Shown in pieces: positions 17,143 to 26,241 of a DNA stretch of 64,000 bases; within the stretch, counting starts at the first letter, position 1; every line of letters begins with the position of its first letter. The notes under the pieces are model-generated. The model made no database searches and was not told the DNA's origin. It saw only the letters and a list, made by a program, of their open reading frames with translations. The stretch comes from Hyalangium minutum (GTDB taxonomy: Bacteria > Myxococcota > Myxococcia > Myxococcales > Myxococcaceae), in contig NZ_JMCB01000030.1 of the NCBI RefSeq assembly GCF_000737315.1, forward strand, positions 1-64,000, in the 5' to 3' direction. Made by a program: the position numbers and the translations under genes.

Positions 17143-19455
17143 CTACTCGTAGATGGCCTGGAACTGAACCACGGGCGAGGTGGAGAAGCCGTGGTTGGCC
17201 TTCAACTCCACGGTGGAGGTGACGGGGCCACCAACACCGGACCCTCCCGTGAGCCGGACGTTGGCGATTTGGCCGCCCGGCAGGAAGTTGAACTCCGCCG
17301 ACCGCACGCACCGGGTGGCCGCCGGCGAGGTGGAAGAGTTCGGCGGCGTGGGCTTACCTGTGTCGCACAGGGCTCCCAGCCGGACGGTGCCATCCGGCTG
17401 GGTGGTGCCCTCGCGCTTCACGTAGTTGATGGTGAAGCCACCGTAGGCAAACGCGTTCGCGTCGCTGGTCACAGACACCTGGCCACGGGTGCCCGTCTTC
17501 GTCACGCCGAAGCTGGCGCTGTCCGGAGACATCCGGTTGTAGTACGCGTCCGCCCAGCGAACGCTCACGTCGACAATGCCTCCCGCGGGCACGGAGTACG
17601 GCTGGTCCGGCGGGGTGTAGACGAGGTACCGCTCCGACGCCATCCCCGCTCCCGTGTAGAGCGGACCGCTGTAGACGATGTGGATCGAGCGCCAGATCTG
17701 CGTGTTGTTGTCCCAGCACCCGTTGGGGCCGTCCCACCGGTTGTTCTTCGCCGGGGGAGCGTTGGGGTTGGAGCAGTCCACGCGCTCGGTGTCGATGAAG
17801 GACTCGCCCGGATCCCAGACGCCGTTGTCATTGCGATCCACCAGCGGCTCGCCCAGGTCGGTGAACCACTCGCCCGGATCCCAGCGGCCGTTGGTCTGCC
17901 CCGCGGTCGGGCCACTGCCGGAGCCGTCCACGAACTCCTCCTCACCGGCCACCACGGCGATCACCGTCACCGTCATGTCGCGCGGGTTGCGGCCGTTCGG
18001 GTCGGTCGGGTCACCTTGGTACATCTCGGACGGGTTGGAGGTGGTCAGCGGCGTGACGGCGTAGGGAGGGAAAGCGCCGTTGGTGCTGAAGGTGGTGACG
18101 GCATCGCCCGTGTCGGCGGAGGGCGTGGTGCCCTGCTGGGGCCTGGAGTCCACCGGGCTGTTGATGGAGCCCGCCTCGGCGTACCACTGGACGGGGGTGG
18201 CCAGACCGACCGGGTTGCTGAAGCGATCCACCAGCTTGGCCTTGCACTGGGTGTTCACCACACGAGGCGGAGGCAGTGCGTGGAGCGCGCCCAGGTTCTT
18301 GAGGGTGCAGTCCACCGACAGGCCCGTGTCCGACGGCTTGCCGCCCACGATGGGCGTGCCCGGGTGGTTGGCGGAGACCTCGGGCGTCGAGCCCCGCGTG
18401 GCGGTGACCGTGGCCTTGACGATGGCCACGCCCACGGAGTTGCCCGAGCGCAGCGTGGTGGAGACGACACCATTGTTGTCGCTGACGGCGGTCGGCGTGA
18501 CGGACGCGCCGGCCGCGCCAGACACCTCGAAGCTCACCTCCACGCCCGGGACAGGCTGCTGCGCGGAGTTGGTGATCTTGAAGTTGACCGGCGTGGTCGT
18601 CTCACGGCCGGAGCTGTCGAGGCCCAGCAGGGCCTTGGCGGAGCCGGTCACGTACACGATGGAGGAGATGGCCGAGAAGGGCAGGTCCTTGATGCCGGTG
18701 CCGTCCCCATAGGTGGCGGTGATGCGCGCCGTGCCCGGCGGCGTGTTGGCCACATAGATGGACACCTGGGCCTTGCCTGTGGAGTCCGTGGTCGCCGTGG
18801 CAGTCTGGGTGCCCTGCGCGGGGGTGAACGAGCCCAGCGTGGTGTTGAAGGTCACCGAGGCGTTGGCCTCCGGGGCGCCACCCGCGGTGCGGGTCACCGT
18901 GGCGGTGACCACGGTGGTGTCGCCCGTGTTCGCCACCAGGAGAGGCTTGGTCGTCGTGACGACGGTGGTGTAGGTGCCCGTGGTGCCACCGCCACCGTCC
19001 GGAGTGCCGCCGTCCGGCTTGGGAGTGGTCCCGCCATCCGTGCCACCATCCCGAGGAGGCGTGCCCGAGCCGACCGTCAACGTCACGCTGGTGACCTCGG
19101 TGCCCCACGTGCCGTCGATGCGCACGTTGCCCGCGCACTTGGCATCCGCCCCCTTGTTGCAGAGGAAGCCGGTGGAGGCCTTACCCGCCGCCAGGGGCAG
19201 GGTCTCCTCGGTGGCCCCCGAGGTGAACACGCCAGCCGTGGCCTTCAGGACCACCGTGCCCGTACCCGCCGTGCCATCCGCGTTCTTCGCGGTGACATCG
19301 ATCTGGGAGATCTGCCCCTGATCATTGATCTGCCGGGGATTGGCGGAGATGAGGAACTCGGGCGCCTGGGGTTCCGGCGTTTCGCCGCCGCACGCAGCGA
19401 CGACCCCCAGGGCTATGGCGAGGGCAAGGCCCACGCGCAAAATGGGACGGTGCAT
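17143..19455 (-). CDS. large lipoprotein with bacterial Ig-like (Big_1/invasin-type) domains
   Basis: Lipobox VVAAC; DGGT repeats; ATTDSTGKAQV, SDNNGVVSTTLRSG; D-x-N-x-N-G-x-W-D-P-G-E repeats. Confidence 0.8.
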   Translation of the reverse strand: MHRPILRVGLALAIALGVVAACGGETPEPQAPEFLISANPRQINDQGQISQIDVTAKNADGTAGTGTVVLKATAGVFTSGATEETLPLAAGKASTGFLCNKGADAKCAGNVRIDGTWGTEVTSVTLTVGSGTPPRDGGTDGGTTPKPDGGTPDGGGGTTGTYTTVVTTTKPLLVANTGDTTVVTATVTRTAGGAPEANASVTFNTTLGSFTPAQGTQTATATTDSTGKAQVSIYVANTPPGTARITATYGDGTGIKDLPFSAISSIVYVTGSAKALLGLDSSGRETTTPVNFKITNSAQQPVPGVEVSFEVSGAAGASVTPTAVSDNNGVVSTTLRSGNSVGVAIVKATVTATRGSTPEVSANHPGTPIVGGKPSDTGLSVDCTLKNLGALHALPPPRVVNTQCKAKLVDRFSNPVGLATPVQWYAEAGSINSPVDSRPQQGTTPSADTGDAVTTFSTNGAFPPYAVTPLTTSNPSEMYQGDPTDPNGRNPRDMTVTVIAVVAGEEEFVDGSGSGPTAGQTNGRWDPGEWFTDLGEPLVDRNDNGVWDPGESFIDTERVDCSNPNAPPAKNNRWDGPNGCWDNNTQIWRSIHIVYSGPLYTGAGMASERYLVYTPPDQPYSVPAGGIVDVSVRWADAYYNRMSPDSASFGVTKTGTRGQVSVTSDANAFAYGGFTINYVKREGTTQPDGTVRLGALCDTGKPTPPNSSTSPAATRCVRSAEFNFLPGGQIANVRLTGGSGVGGPVTSTVELKANHGFSTSPVVQFQAIYE

Positions 19456-19603
19456 TGTCGTTGGACTCCTAAGAAAGGGAGGGCGGGAGTATTTCGGCTC
19501 CGGGGCCCGTCGTCAAAGCGACACTCCTATTGCAGCCACACTCCACCAATGGGCCAGGAGTGGAATGCACGGCGAGGAACAGCGCCTGTTATAGGAGGGA
19601 AGG

Positions 19604-20404
19604 ATGTCAGCCAACGCGAAGGCGCGGCCAGAGCTCAGCAGAGCCCACGTCACTGAGCAGCTCCGCGCACTGGGAGTCCGTGAGGGCGGCGTTCTGGTGG
19701 TGCACACGTCCTTCCGAGCGGTGCGGCCGGTGGAGGGCGGGCCTCTTGGGTTGATCTCTGCCCTGCGAGAGGCACTGGGGCCAGACGGAACGCTGGTCCT
19801 GCCGTCGGGCAGCGGCAACGACGACGAGCCATTTGATCCCCGAACCACGCCCGTGCGGGACGACTTGGGCATCGTCCCCGAGCTGTTCTGGCGTCAGCCC
19901 GGAGTCCTCCGAGGCCTTCACCATTTCGACGGCTTCGCGGCCGTCGGGCCGAGAGCGGCCGAGATCGTCAACGCGCCGCTCAAGCTGCCCCCCTCCGCGC
20001 CGGGAAGTCCGATCAGCGTCGTGCATGATTTGGACGGACAGGTGCTGTTGCTCGGCGTGGGCCATGACAGCAACACGATGCTGCACCTGGCCGAGCTCAT
20101 GGGCGGCGCGCCCTATCGCGTTCCCCACCATTACACGGTGCTCCAGGACGGGAAGCCGATCCGGATCGACTATCTGGAAAATGATCACTGCTGCGAGGGT
20201 TTCTCGAAGATGGACGCGTGGCTGCAAGCCGCGGGCCTCCAATCGGAAGGACGGGTCGGCCACGCACAGGCTCGGCTGGCGCGCGCGCAGGACCTGGTAC
20301 GCATCGCCGTCAAGCACCTGGCGACGGATCCGCTCGTGTTCCTCCATCCCGTAGAGACGGGCTGCGAGGAGTGCGGCGTGGCCCGGGCGAGCGTGAGGGG
20401 CTGA
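19604..20404 (+). CDS. aac(3): aminoglycoside 3-N-acetyltransferase, AAC(3)-IV-like
   Basis: VHTSFRAV, GQVLLLGVGHDSNTMLHLAELM, DYLENDHCCE, FLHP..GCEEC resemble AAC(3)-IV as recalled. Confidence 0.88.
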   Translation: MSANAKARPELSRAHVTEQLRALGVREGGVLVVHTSFRAVRPVEGGPLGLISALREALGPDGTLVLPSGSGNDDEPFDPRTTPVRDDLGIVPELFWRQPGVLRGLHHFDGFAAVGPRAAEIVNAPLKLPPSAPGSPISVVHDLDGQVLLLGVGHDSNTMLHLAELMGGAPYRVPHHYTVLQDGKPIRIDYLENDHCCEGFSKMDAWLQAAGLQSEGRVGHAQARLARAQDLVRIAVKHLATDPLVFLHPVETGCEECGVARASVRG

Positions 20405-20582
20405 CGGGCGCTCGTGCCGGTGGTGCAGCAGAACCGCAGCCCACCTGACACTCCCCCAGCCCCGGTAGACCATTATTTCCGAGCCGGAAACCCTTTACAC
20501 GACTCCTCTACATCCAGGGCACGTACGCGGCGTCGCTGGATGAACGCCAGGGTGTTGAACCTGGCTCTCGTGGGGGGGTGCC

Positions 20583-23500
20583 GTGAAGAGAACGATTCCG
20601 TGGATCGCAGGGGTGTTGATCCTCCTGGCCGTGGGCGCGGTGGTGCCCATGCAGGAGCAGGAGGATTCACCCGTTCCTGATGCTCCGGAGCCCACTCATG
20701 GCACGTGCGCCCGGACCCTCTCCGCCAACGTGGTGGTGCTGGACCAGCCGCTGATGTTCAACCGGCTGGGTGCCCAGAACGTCAACGGCATCGTCTACGC
20801 GCTGACCCGGGACGTCATCAACATGAAAACGGGCCGGCCGCTGACGCAGGGAGGCGCGCCCGTGCCGGGAGAGGTGATCCTGCGTCCGGACAAGCGGCCC
20901 CGGCCGCTGGTGCTGCGCGCCGCCGCGGGAGACTGCCTGCGGGTGCGCCTCACCAACCTGCTCACGCCCGTGGCCAACCCCCGGGACACACCCAACATCT
21001 TCAATCTCCTGCCCTTCCGGATTCCCATCGATGATCAGGTGGCCAGCCGCGTGGCGGGCTTCACCGTGCCAGGCCTGCAGCTGGTCGGCAGCATCGCCAG
21101 CGACAGCTCCTTCGTTGGCACCAACGGCAACAGCCTGGTGCGCCCGGGCCAGACCGCCGTCTATACGCTGCTGGCCCCCAAGGAGGGCACGTTTCTGGTG
21201 ACGAGCGACGGGGCCACCTTCGGAGGCGAGGCGGGCGCTGGCAACAGCGGAAACGGCATGTTCGCGGCCATCAACGTGGAGCCCCCAGGCGCCAACTTCT
21301 ACCGCAGCCAGGTCACGGAGGAGGAGCTGCGCCTGGCCACCACCGGAACGAGCCCCACCGGTCAGCCGGTGATCAACTACGAGGCGGTCTACCCCAACAA
21401 AGAGCCCTGGCTGAGGGAGGGCAAGAGTGGCCTGCCCATCCTCAACATGCTGTGGGGCAAAGAGCTGGTCCACACGGATATCGCCGCGATCATCGTGGGG
21501 CCCAAGCCGGATGGCTCCTTCCCACCGAACACCTATCCACTGGAGAGCGTGGGCAAGCGCAACCCCAGCCTGCCCAACCGCCTGGAGGCCTTCCGCGAAA
21601 ACACCGCCCTCTTCCATGACGAGGCCTCCGCGGCCAACGCCTTCCAGGGCTTCTTCCTGGATCCTGTCTTCCGCTTCACGCTGCAGGGCGTGCGGGACGC
21701 CTTCATGATCAACTACGGCTCGGGAGGCATCGGCTCGGAGATCATCGCCAACCGCCTGTCCGTGGGGCCCATGCATGACTGCCTGGACTGCGCCTACGAG
21801 GAGTTCTTCCTGAGCTCCTTCACGGTGGGGGATCCGGCCATGCTGGTGGACGTGCCGGCCAACCTGGGGCTGGAGGCCCTGCCGCCGGGTGCCACGCCGC
21901 CGCCCGGGACCACCGGGCCCAAGGCCACCAAGGCCTTCTACCCGGACGATCCCAGCAACGTCTTCCACAGTTACACCCGGGACTTCGTGAAGATGCGCAA
22001 CGTGCACGTGGGCAAGGAGCAGCACGTCTTCCACCTGCACAACCACCAGTGGCTGTTCAACCCCAACGACGACAACTCCAACTACATCGATGCGCAGGGC
22101 ATCGGGCCAGGCTCGGGCTACACATACGAGCTCGTCTTCGGGGGCGCGGGCAACCGCAACCACACCGCGGGCGACGCCATCTTCCACTGTCACTTCTATC
22201 CTCACTTCGCCCAGGGCATGTGGGCGCTGCTGCGCGTCCACGACACGTTCGAGGCGGGCACGAAGCTGGCCGCGAGCGGCTCGGGCTTCCACACCGCGCC
22301 CTTCGGCTTGCAGGACGGAACGCCCGCCGCCTCCAGCCGCGCCCTGCCGGATGGAGAGATCGTCGCCGGCACGCCCATTCCCGCAGTGGTGCCGCTGCCC
22401 GGCAGGCCCATGGCGCCCATGCCCGGAAAGGTCGAGGTGGTGCCCAACCCGAACACCACCACGGCCTCCGTTTTCCACCCGCTCAGCCCAGGAGCGCCCG
22501 TGCCGGTGGGCAGCAACGCGCGCGTCGTCCAGCGCGCCATCAACCCCGGCTATCCGTTCTTCATCGGCGGCATCGAGAACACCGTGGGCCAACGTCCGCC
22601 CACGCCTCCCCTGGACATGCTCACCGAGGCGGAGGCCGCAGCGCTCCAGGCCGGCACCAACCCGCTGTTCGCGGGGCGGACGGACCTGGTGACTGGAGCG
22701 GGAGGCTTCAACGGAGGGCTGCCCCGGCACACGCTGGAGGGCGTGGCCGCGGGCGGCGAGGCCCTCTCCGTCGTGAGCCGCCTGGACTTCAACAAGGAGC
22801 TCGTGAAGGCCCGGCCCGTGTACCTCCCCGAGCAGGGAACAGACGTGGAGCAGACGGCCATGCGCTTCCACGCGACGCCCTCGCACCCGAGCACGACGCT
22901 GCTGCGCAACGGCACCCCGATGGCCGGCACCTTCGCCAGCAATGGCCTGCCTCCCTCCCCCAGCGCCCCGTACTTCGAGCCATGCCGGGATGACGCGGGC
23001 AACCCGGTACGCGCGGGCGTGCCTCCGCGCTTCTTCGATGGCTCCGGAGGCCTGAGCACCACCGGCCCTGTGCGGTTCGGCATCGCCAACCCGCGCGTCT
23101 ACAAGGCCGCCAACATCCAGCTCGACGTGGTGTTCAACAAGGTGGGCTACCACTTCTCACAGGAGCGCATCCTCAGCCTCTGGGAGGACGTGCAGCCCAC
23201 CCTCAACAAGCAACGGCCCCCCGAGCCCTTCGTCCTCCGGTTCAACACCTTCGACTGCGGCAAGTACCTGCACACCAACCTCGTCCCCGCGAGGTACGAG
23301 CTGGACGACTACCAGGTGCGCACGCCCACCGACGTCATCGGGCAGCACATCCACCTGCCCAAGTGGGACCTGCCCTCCACCGACGGCGCCGCCAACGGCT
23401 GGAACTATGAGGATGGCACCCTGTCACCGGACGCAGTGCGCGAGCGAATCACGGCCATCAACGCGTTCAACTCCACGCCGGGCGTCACCCCGGTGCCCAC

Positions 23501-26222
23501 GCTGGACGGGCAACTCACTCTCACCGCCCTGCCCCACCCCTTCTTCGGCGCAGGCCCCGGTGGTGCCTGGCTGGGCGCGCGCATCACCCTGCAGCGCTGG
23601 TTCTTCGATCCCGTGGTCAACGTGGAGGGCACCCACCGCGGGCTCGGCAACATCTTCACGCATGATCACTTCGGCCCCTCCACCCATCAGCAGGTGGGCC
23701 TCTACGCCACGGTGCTCACAGAGCCCCCAGACTCCACCTGGGTGCACAGCGAGACGGGAGTGGTCCTTGGGACGCGGAACGATGGAGGCCCCACGAGCTG
23801 GCAGGCCGCCATCCTCACAGGCGATCTGAACGGGGACGGCATCAACGACAGCTACCGCGAGTTCTTCTTGATGCCCGCGGACTTCCAGCATGCCTACGAG
23901 GAGGGCGTCTTCGTGGGAGCCGGCCCGGATGGCAGACCCTCTCCGGGGCTGGGCCCCACCGCGACGACCTTCCGCAACGCGATCGCCCCTCCCCACCGGC
24001 AGCAGGTCAACCCCGTGTTCCCAGACCTGTATGTGAACGCGGCCATCTGTCCCGGCGGCGTGCCCCGGCCGTGCCCGCAGGCCATCTCGGCCGATGACCC
24101 CGGCATGTTCGTGGTCAACTACCGCAACGAGCCCGTCGCGCTGCGCGTCTACGATCCGAACAAGCGTGGGCCGGACGGGCAGCGGGGCACACAGGCCTCG
24201 GGGCTGGGAGGAGACCTGGCCTATGCGCTGCAGACGCGCACGGACCGCGCCATCCCCGAGCTCAACACGGCGCTCGGCGACACGCCCTATCCGGCGCTCA
24301 CGAGGGATATCGGCGCGGGAGATCCCTTCACCCCGCTGGTGCGCTCCTTCGCAGGAGACAGGGTGCGGGTGAAGATCCAGGCCGGCGCGCACGAGGAGGA
24401 GTTCAACGCGACCGTCCACGGCGTGAAGTGGCTGCAGGGAGGCTCCAGCTTTGGCGCCGCACCCAACTCCGGCTGGCGCAATGCCCAGGCCCTCGGCATC
24501 TCCGAGCAGTTCACCTTCGAGATACCCTCGCTGCCCTGGCTCGGCCGGCCCGGCGAGCGGGTGGACCTCGCCTACGACATGAACACCAGCCAGGACGGGT
24601 GGTGGACCGGCGTCTGGGGCCTGCTGCGCACATACAACTCCTCGCGGACGGACTTGTTCCGCCTGCCCAACAACCGCACGCCGGTGCGGCACGGCAACGC
24701 CGACGATTTCTACACCGACAACAGCGGCACCTGTCCGCACGCCGCGCCCGTGCGCACCTATGATGTCACGGCGGTGCTGGCCAATACCGCGCTCGGCAAT
24801 CCGCTGGGCGTCACGCTGGTACCCGGGGATGACTCGGCCACCCAGCATGTTGGAGCGCCGGTCAACCCCAGGGGCGGCACGCTCGTCTACAACCCCCGGC
24901 GTACCGCGCTGGACAACGGCAAGTCAGGCCCGCTCCATGATCCTACCGCCCTGCTCTACGTGCGCACGGCGGACTTGGGTGCCAACGGCAAGCTCCGGCC
25001 CGGAGTTCCCATCGAGCCCCTGGTGCTGCGCGCGGCCGCGGGCGAGTGCCTGGAGATCACCCTGCGCAACCGGCTGCCGGGGGATCTCAACCGCAACGGC
25101 TTCTTCGACGACAACCCCGACCTGGCCAACCTCACCAGCCTCATCGGCGTGGTGAACCGCGACCGGCAGAACCCGCAGGGGGTGACCACCTTCAACAACA
25201 ACCTCATCCGGGCATCGAGCTGGGTGGGGCTGCATCCCCAGCTCGTGGCGTACGATGTCACCACGGCGGATGGCACCAACGTCGGCATCAACCCGCAGCA
25301 GCTCGTGCCCCCCGGCGGCTCGAGGCTCTACCGCTGGTACGCGGGAGACATCCGCAAGAGAGCGCGCAACAACACCAGCAGCGTCCAGCTCGTCGTCACG
25401 CCCATCGAGTTCGGCGGCTCCAACCTGGTCCCCGCCGACAAGATCAAGCAGGGCCAGAAGTCGCTGGTGGGCGCGCTGGTCATCGAGCCCCTGGGCACGG
25501 CGTGGACCGAGGACGCGAACCGGCGCTCCGCGGCCAGTGTAGGCCCCGACACGAACCAGGATGGCCGGCCGGACAAAACCCTCTTCCGGGACTTCGCCGT
25601 GGTGCACCAGAAGCAGATGAGCCACCGCTACGCGGACGGCACGGCGGTGGAGAACGTGCAAGCCGAGGGGATCGTCGCCGAGGACAACCAGGACGCGGGG
25701 CAGATGGCCCTCAACTATGGCACCGAGCCGATGTGGTTCCGCTTCGGTCTGCGGCCGAACGCCCCGTTCGGCAACGTCCCTGGAGGCTACGGCGCCGTGC
25801 CCAACGCCTTCATGGCCTACAGCAACGGCCTGGTGGGGGGAGATCCCGTTACGCCCGTGTTCACCGTGAAGGCGGGCCGGCAGACGCGCCTGCGTCTGCT
25901 CGAACCCCACGGCTCGTTCCGAGGCACCACCTTCAAGTTGCACGGCCACCTGTGGCAGCGGGACCCGTATGTGTGTCCGGGCTCGGCGGACCTGGGGCTC
26001 CCGGGCAAGTGCACCCCCACCGAGGTCCCCTCGCGAGCGCTGGGCCTCAACCCCGTGGGCTTCTATGTGGGCGGACAGGAGAGCGTGCAGCCCTCGACCC
26101 ACTTCGAGGTGTTCCTGCCGAGCGCCGGTGGCGCGAACGAGGTGTCCGGGGACTACCTGTTCCGGGACTACGGGAGCCTGGGCAACATCTCCGGCGAGTG
26201 GGGCCTGCTGCGCGTGGAGTGA
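20583..26222 (+). CDS. mnxG: large exported multicopper oxidase, MnxG-type putative Mn(II) oxidase
   Basis: 1879 aa; signal peptide; HVFHLHNHQW, IFHCHFYPHFAQGM (T1 Cu), QHIHLPKWD..DGAANGWNYEDG, FTHDHFGPSTHQ, FKLHGH. Confidence 0.83.
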   Translation: MKRTIPWIAGVLILLAVGAVVPMQEQEDSPVPDAPEPTHGTCARTLSANVVVLDQPLMFNRLGAQNVNGIVYALTRDVINMKTGRPLTQGGAPVPGEVILRPDKRPRPLVLRAAAGDCLRVRLTNLLTPVANPRDTPNIFNLLPFRIPIDDQVASRVAGFTVPGLQLVGSIASDSSFVGTNGNSLVRPGQTAVYTLLAPKEGTFLVTSDGATFGGEAGAGNSGNGMFAAINVEPPGANFYRSQVTEEELRLATTGTSPTGQPVINYEAVYPNKEPWLREGKSGLPILNMLWGKELVHTDIAAIIVGPKPDGSFPPNTYPLESVGKRNPSLPNRLEAFRENTALFHDEASAANAFQGFFLDPVFRFTLQGVRDAFMINYGSGGIGSEIIANRLSVGPMHDCLDCAYEEFFLSSFTVGDPAMLVDVPANLGLEALPPGATPPPGTTGPKATKAFYPDDPSNVFHSYTRDFVKMRNVHVGKEQHVFHLHNHQWLFNPNDDNSNYIDAQGIGPGSGYTYELVFGGAGNRNHTAGDAIFHCHFYPHFAQGMWALLRVHDTFEAGTKLAASGSGFHTAPFGLQDGTPAASSRALPDGEIVAGTPIPAVVPLPGRPMAPMPGKVEVVPNPNTTTASVFHPLSPGAPVPVGSNARVVQRAINPGYPFFIGGIENTVGQRPPTPPLDMLTEAEAAALQAGTNPLFAGRTDLVTGAGGFNGGLPRHTLEGVAAGGEALSVVSRLDFNKELVKARPVYLPEQGTDVEQTAMRFHATPSHPSTTLLRNGTPMAGTFASNGLPPSPSAPYFEPCRDDAGNPVRAGVPPRFFDGSGGLSTTGPVRFGIANPRVYKAANIQLDVVFNKVGYHFSQERILSLWEDVQPTLNKQRPPEPFVLRFNTFDCGKYLHTNLVPARYELDDYQVRTPTDVIGQHIHLPKWDLPSTDGAANGWNYEDGTLSPDAVRERITAINAFNSTPGVTPVPTLDGQLTLTALPHPFFGAGPGGAWLGARITLQRWFFDPVVNVEGTHRGLGNIFTHDHFGPSTHQQVGLYATVLTEPPDSTWVHSETGVVLGTRNDGGPTSWQAAILTGDLNGDGINDSYREFFLMPADFQHAYEEGVFVGAGPDGRPSPGLGPTATTFRNAIAPPHRQQVNPVFPDLYVNAAICPGGVPRPCPQAISADDPGMFVVNYRNEPVALRVYDPNKRGPDGQRGTQASGLGGDLAYALQTRTDRAIPELNTALGDTPYPALTRDIGAGDPFTPLVRSFAGDRVRVKIQAGAHEEEFNATVHGVKWLQGGSSFGAAPNSGWRNAQALGISEQFTFEIPSLPWLGRPGERVDLAYDMNTSQDGWWTGVWGLLRTYNSSRTDLFRLPNNRTPVRHGNADDFYTDNSGTCPHAAPVRTYDVTAVLANTALGNPLGVTLVPGDDSATQHVGAPVNPRGGTLVYNPRRTALDNGKSGPLHDPTALLYVRTADLGANGKLRPGVPIEPLVLRAAAGECLEITLRNRLPGDLNRNGFFDDNPDLANLTSLIGVVNRDRQNPQGVTTFNNNLIRASSWVGLHPQLVAYDVTTADGTNVGINPQQLVPPGGSRLYRWYAGDIRKRARNNTSSVQLVVTPIEFGGSNLVPADKIKQGQKSLVGALVIEPLGTAWTEDANRRSAASVGPDTNQDGRPDKTLFRDFAVVHQKQMSHRYADGTAVENVQAEGIVAEDNQDAGQMALNYGTEPMWFRFGLRPNAPFGNVPGGYGAVPNAFMAYSNGLVGGDPVTPVFTVKAGRQTRLRLLEPHGSFRGTTFKLHGHLWQRDPYVCPGSADLGLPGKCTPTEVPSRALGLNPVGFYVGGQESVQPSTHFEVFLPSAGGANEVSGDYLFRDYGSLGNISGEWGLLRVE

Positions 26223-26241
26223 GTCTTCCAGGAACCCCACC

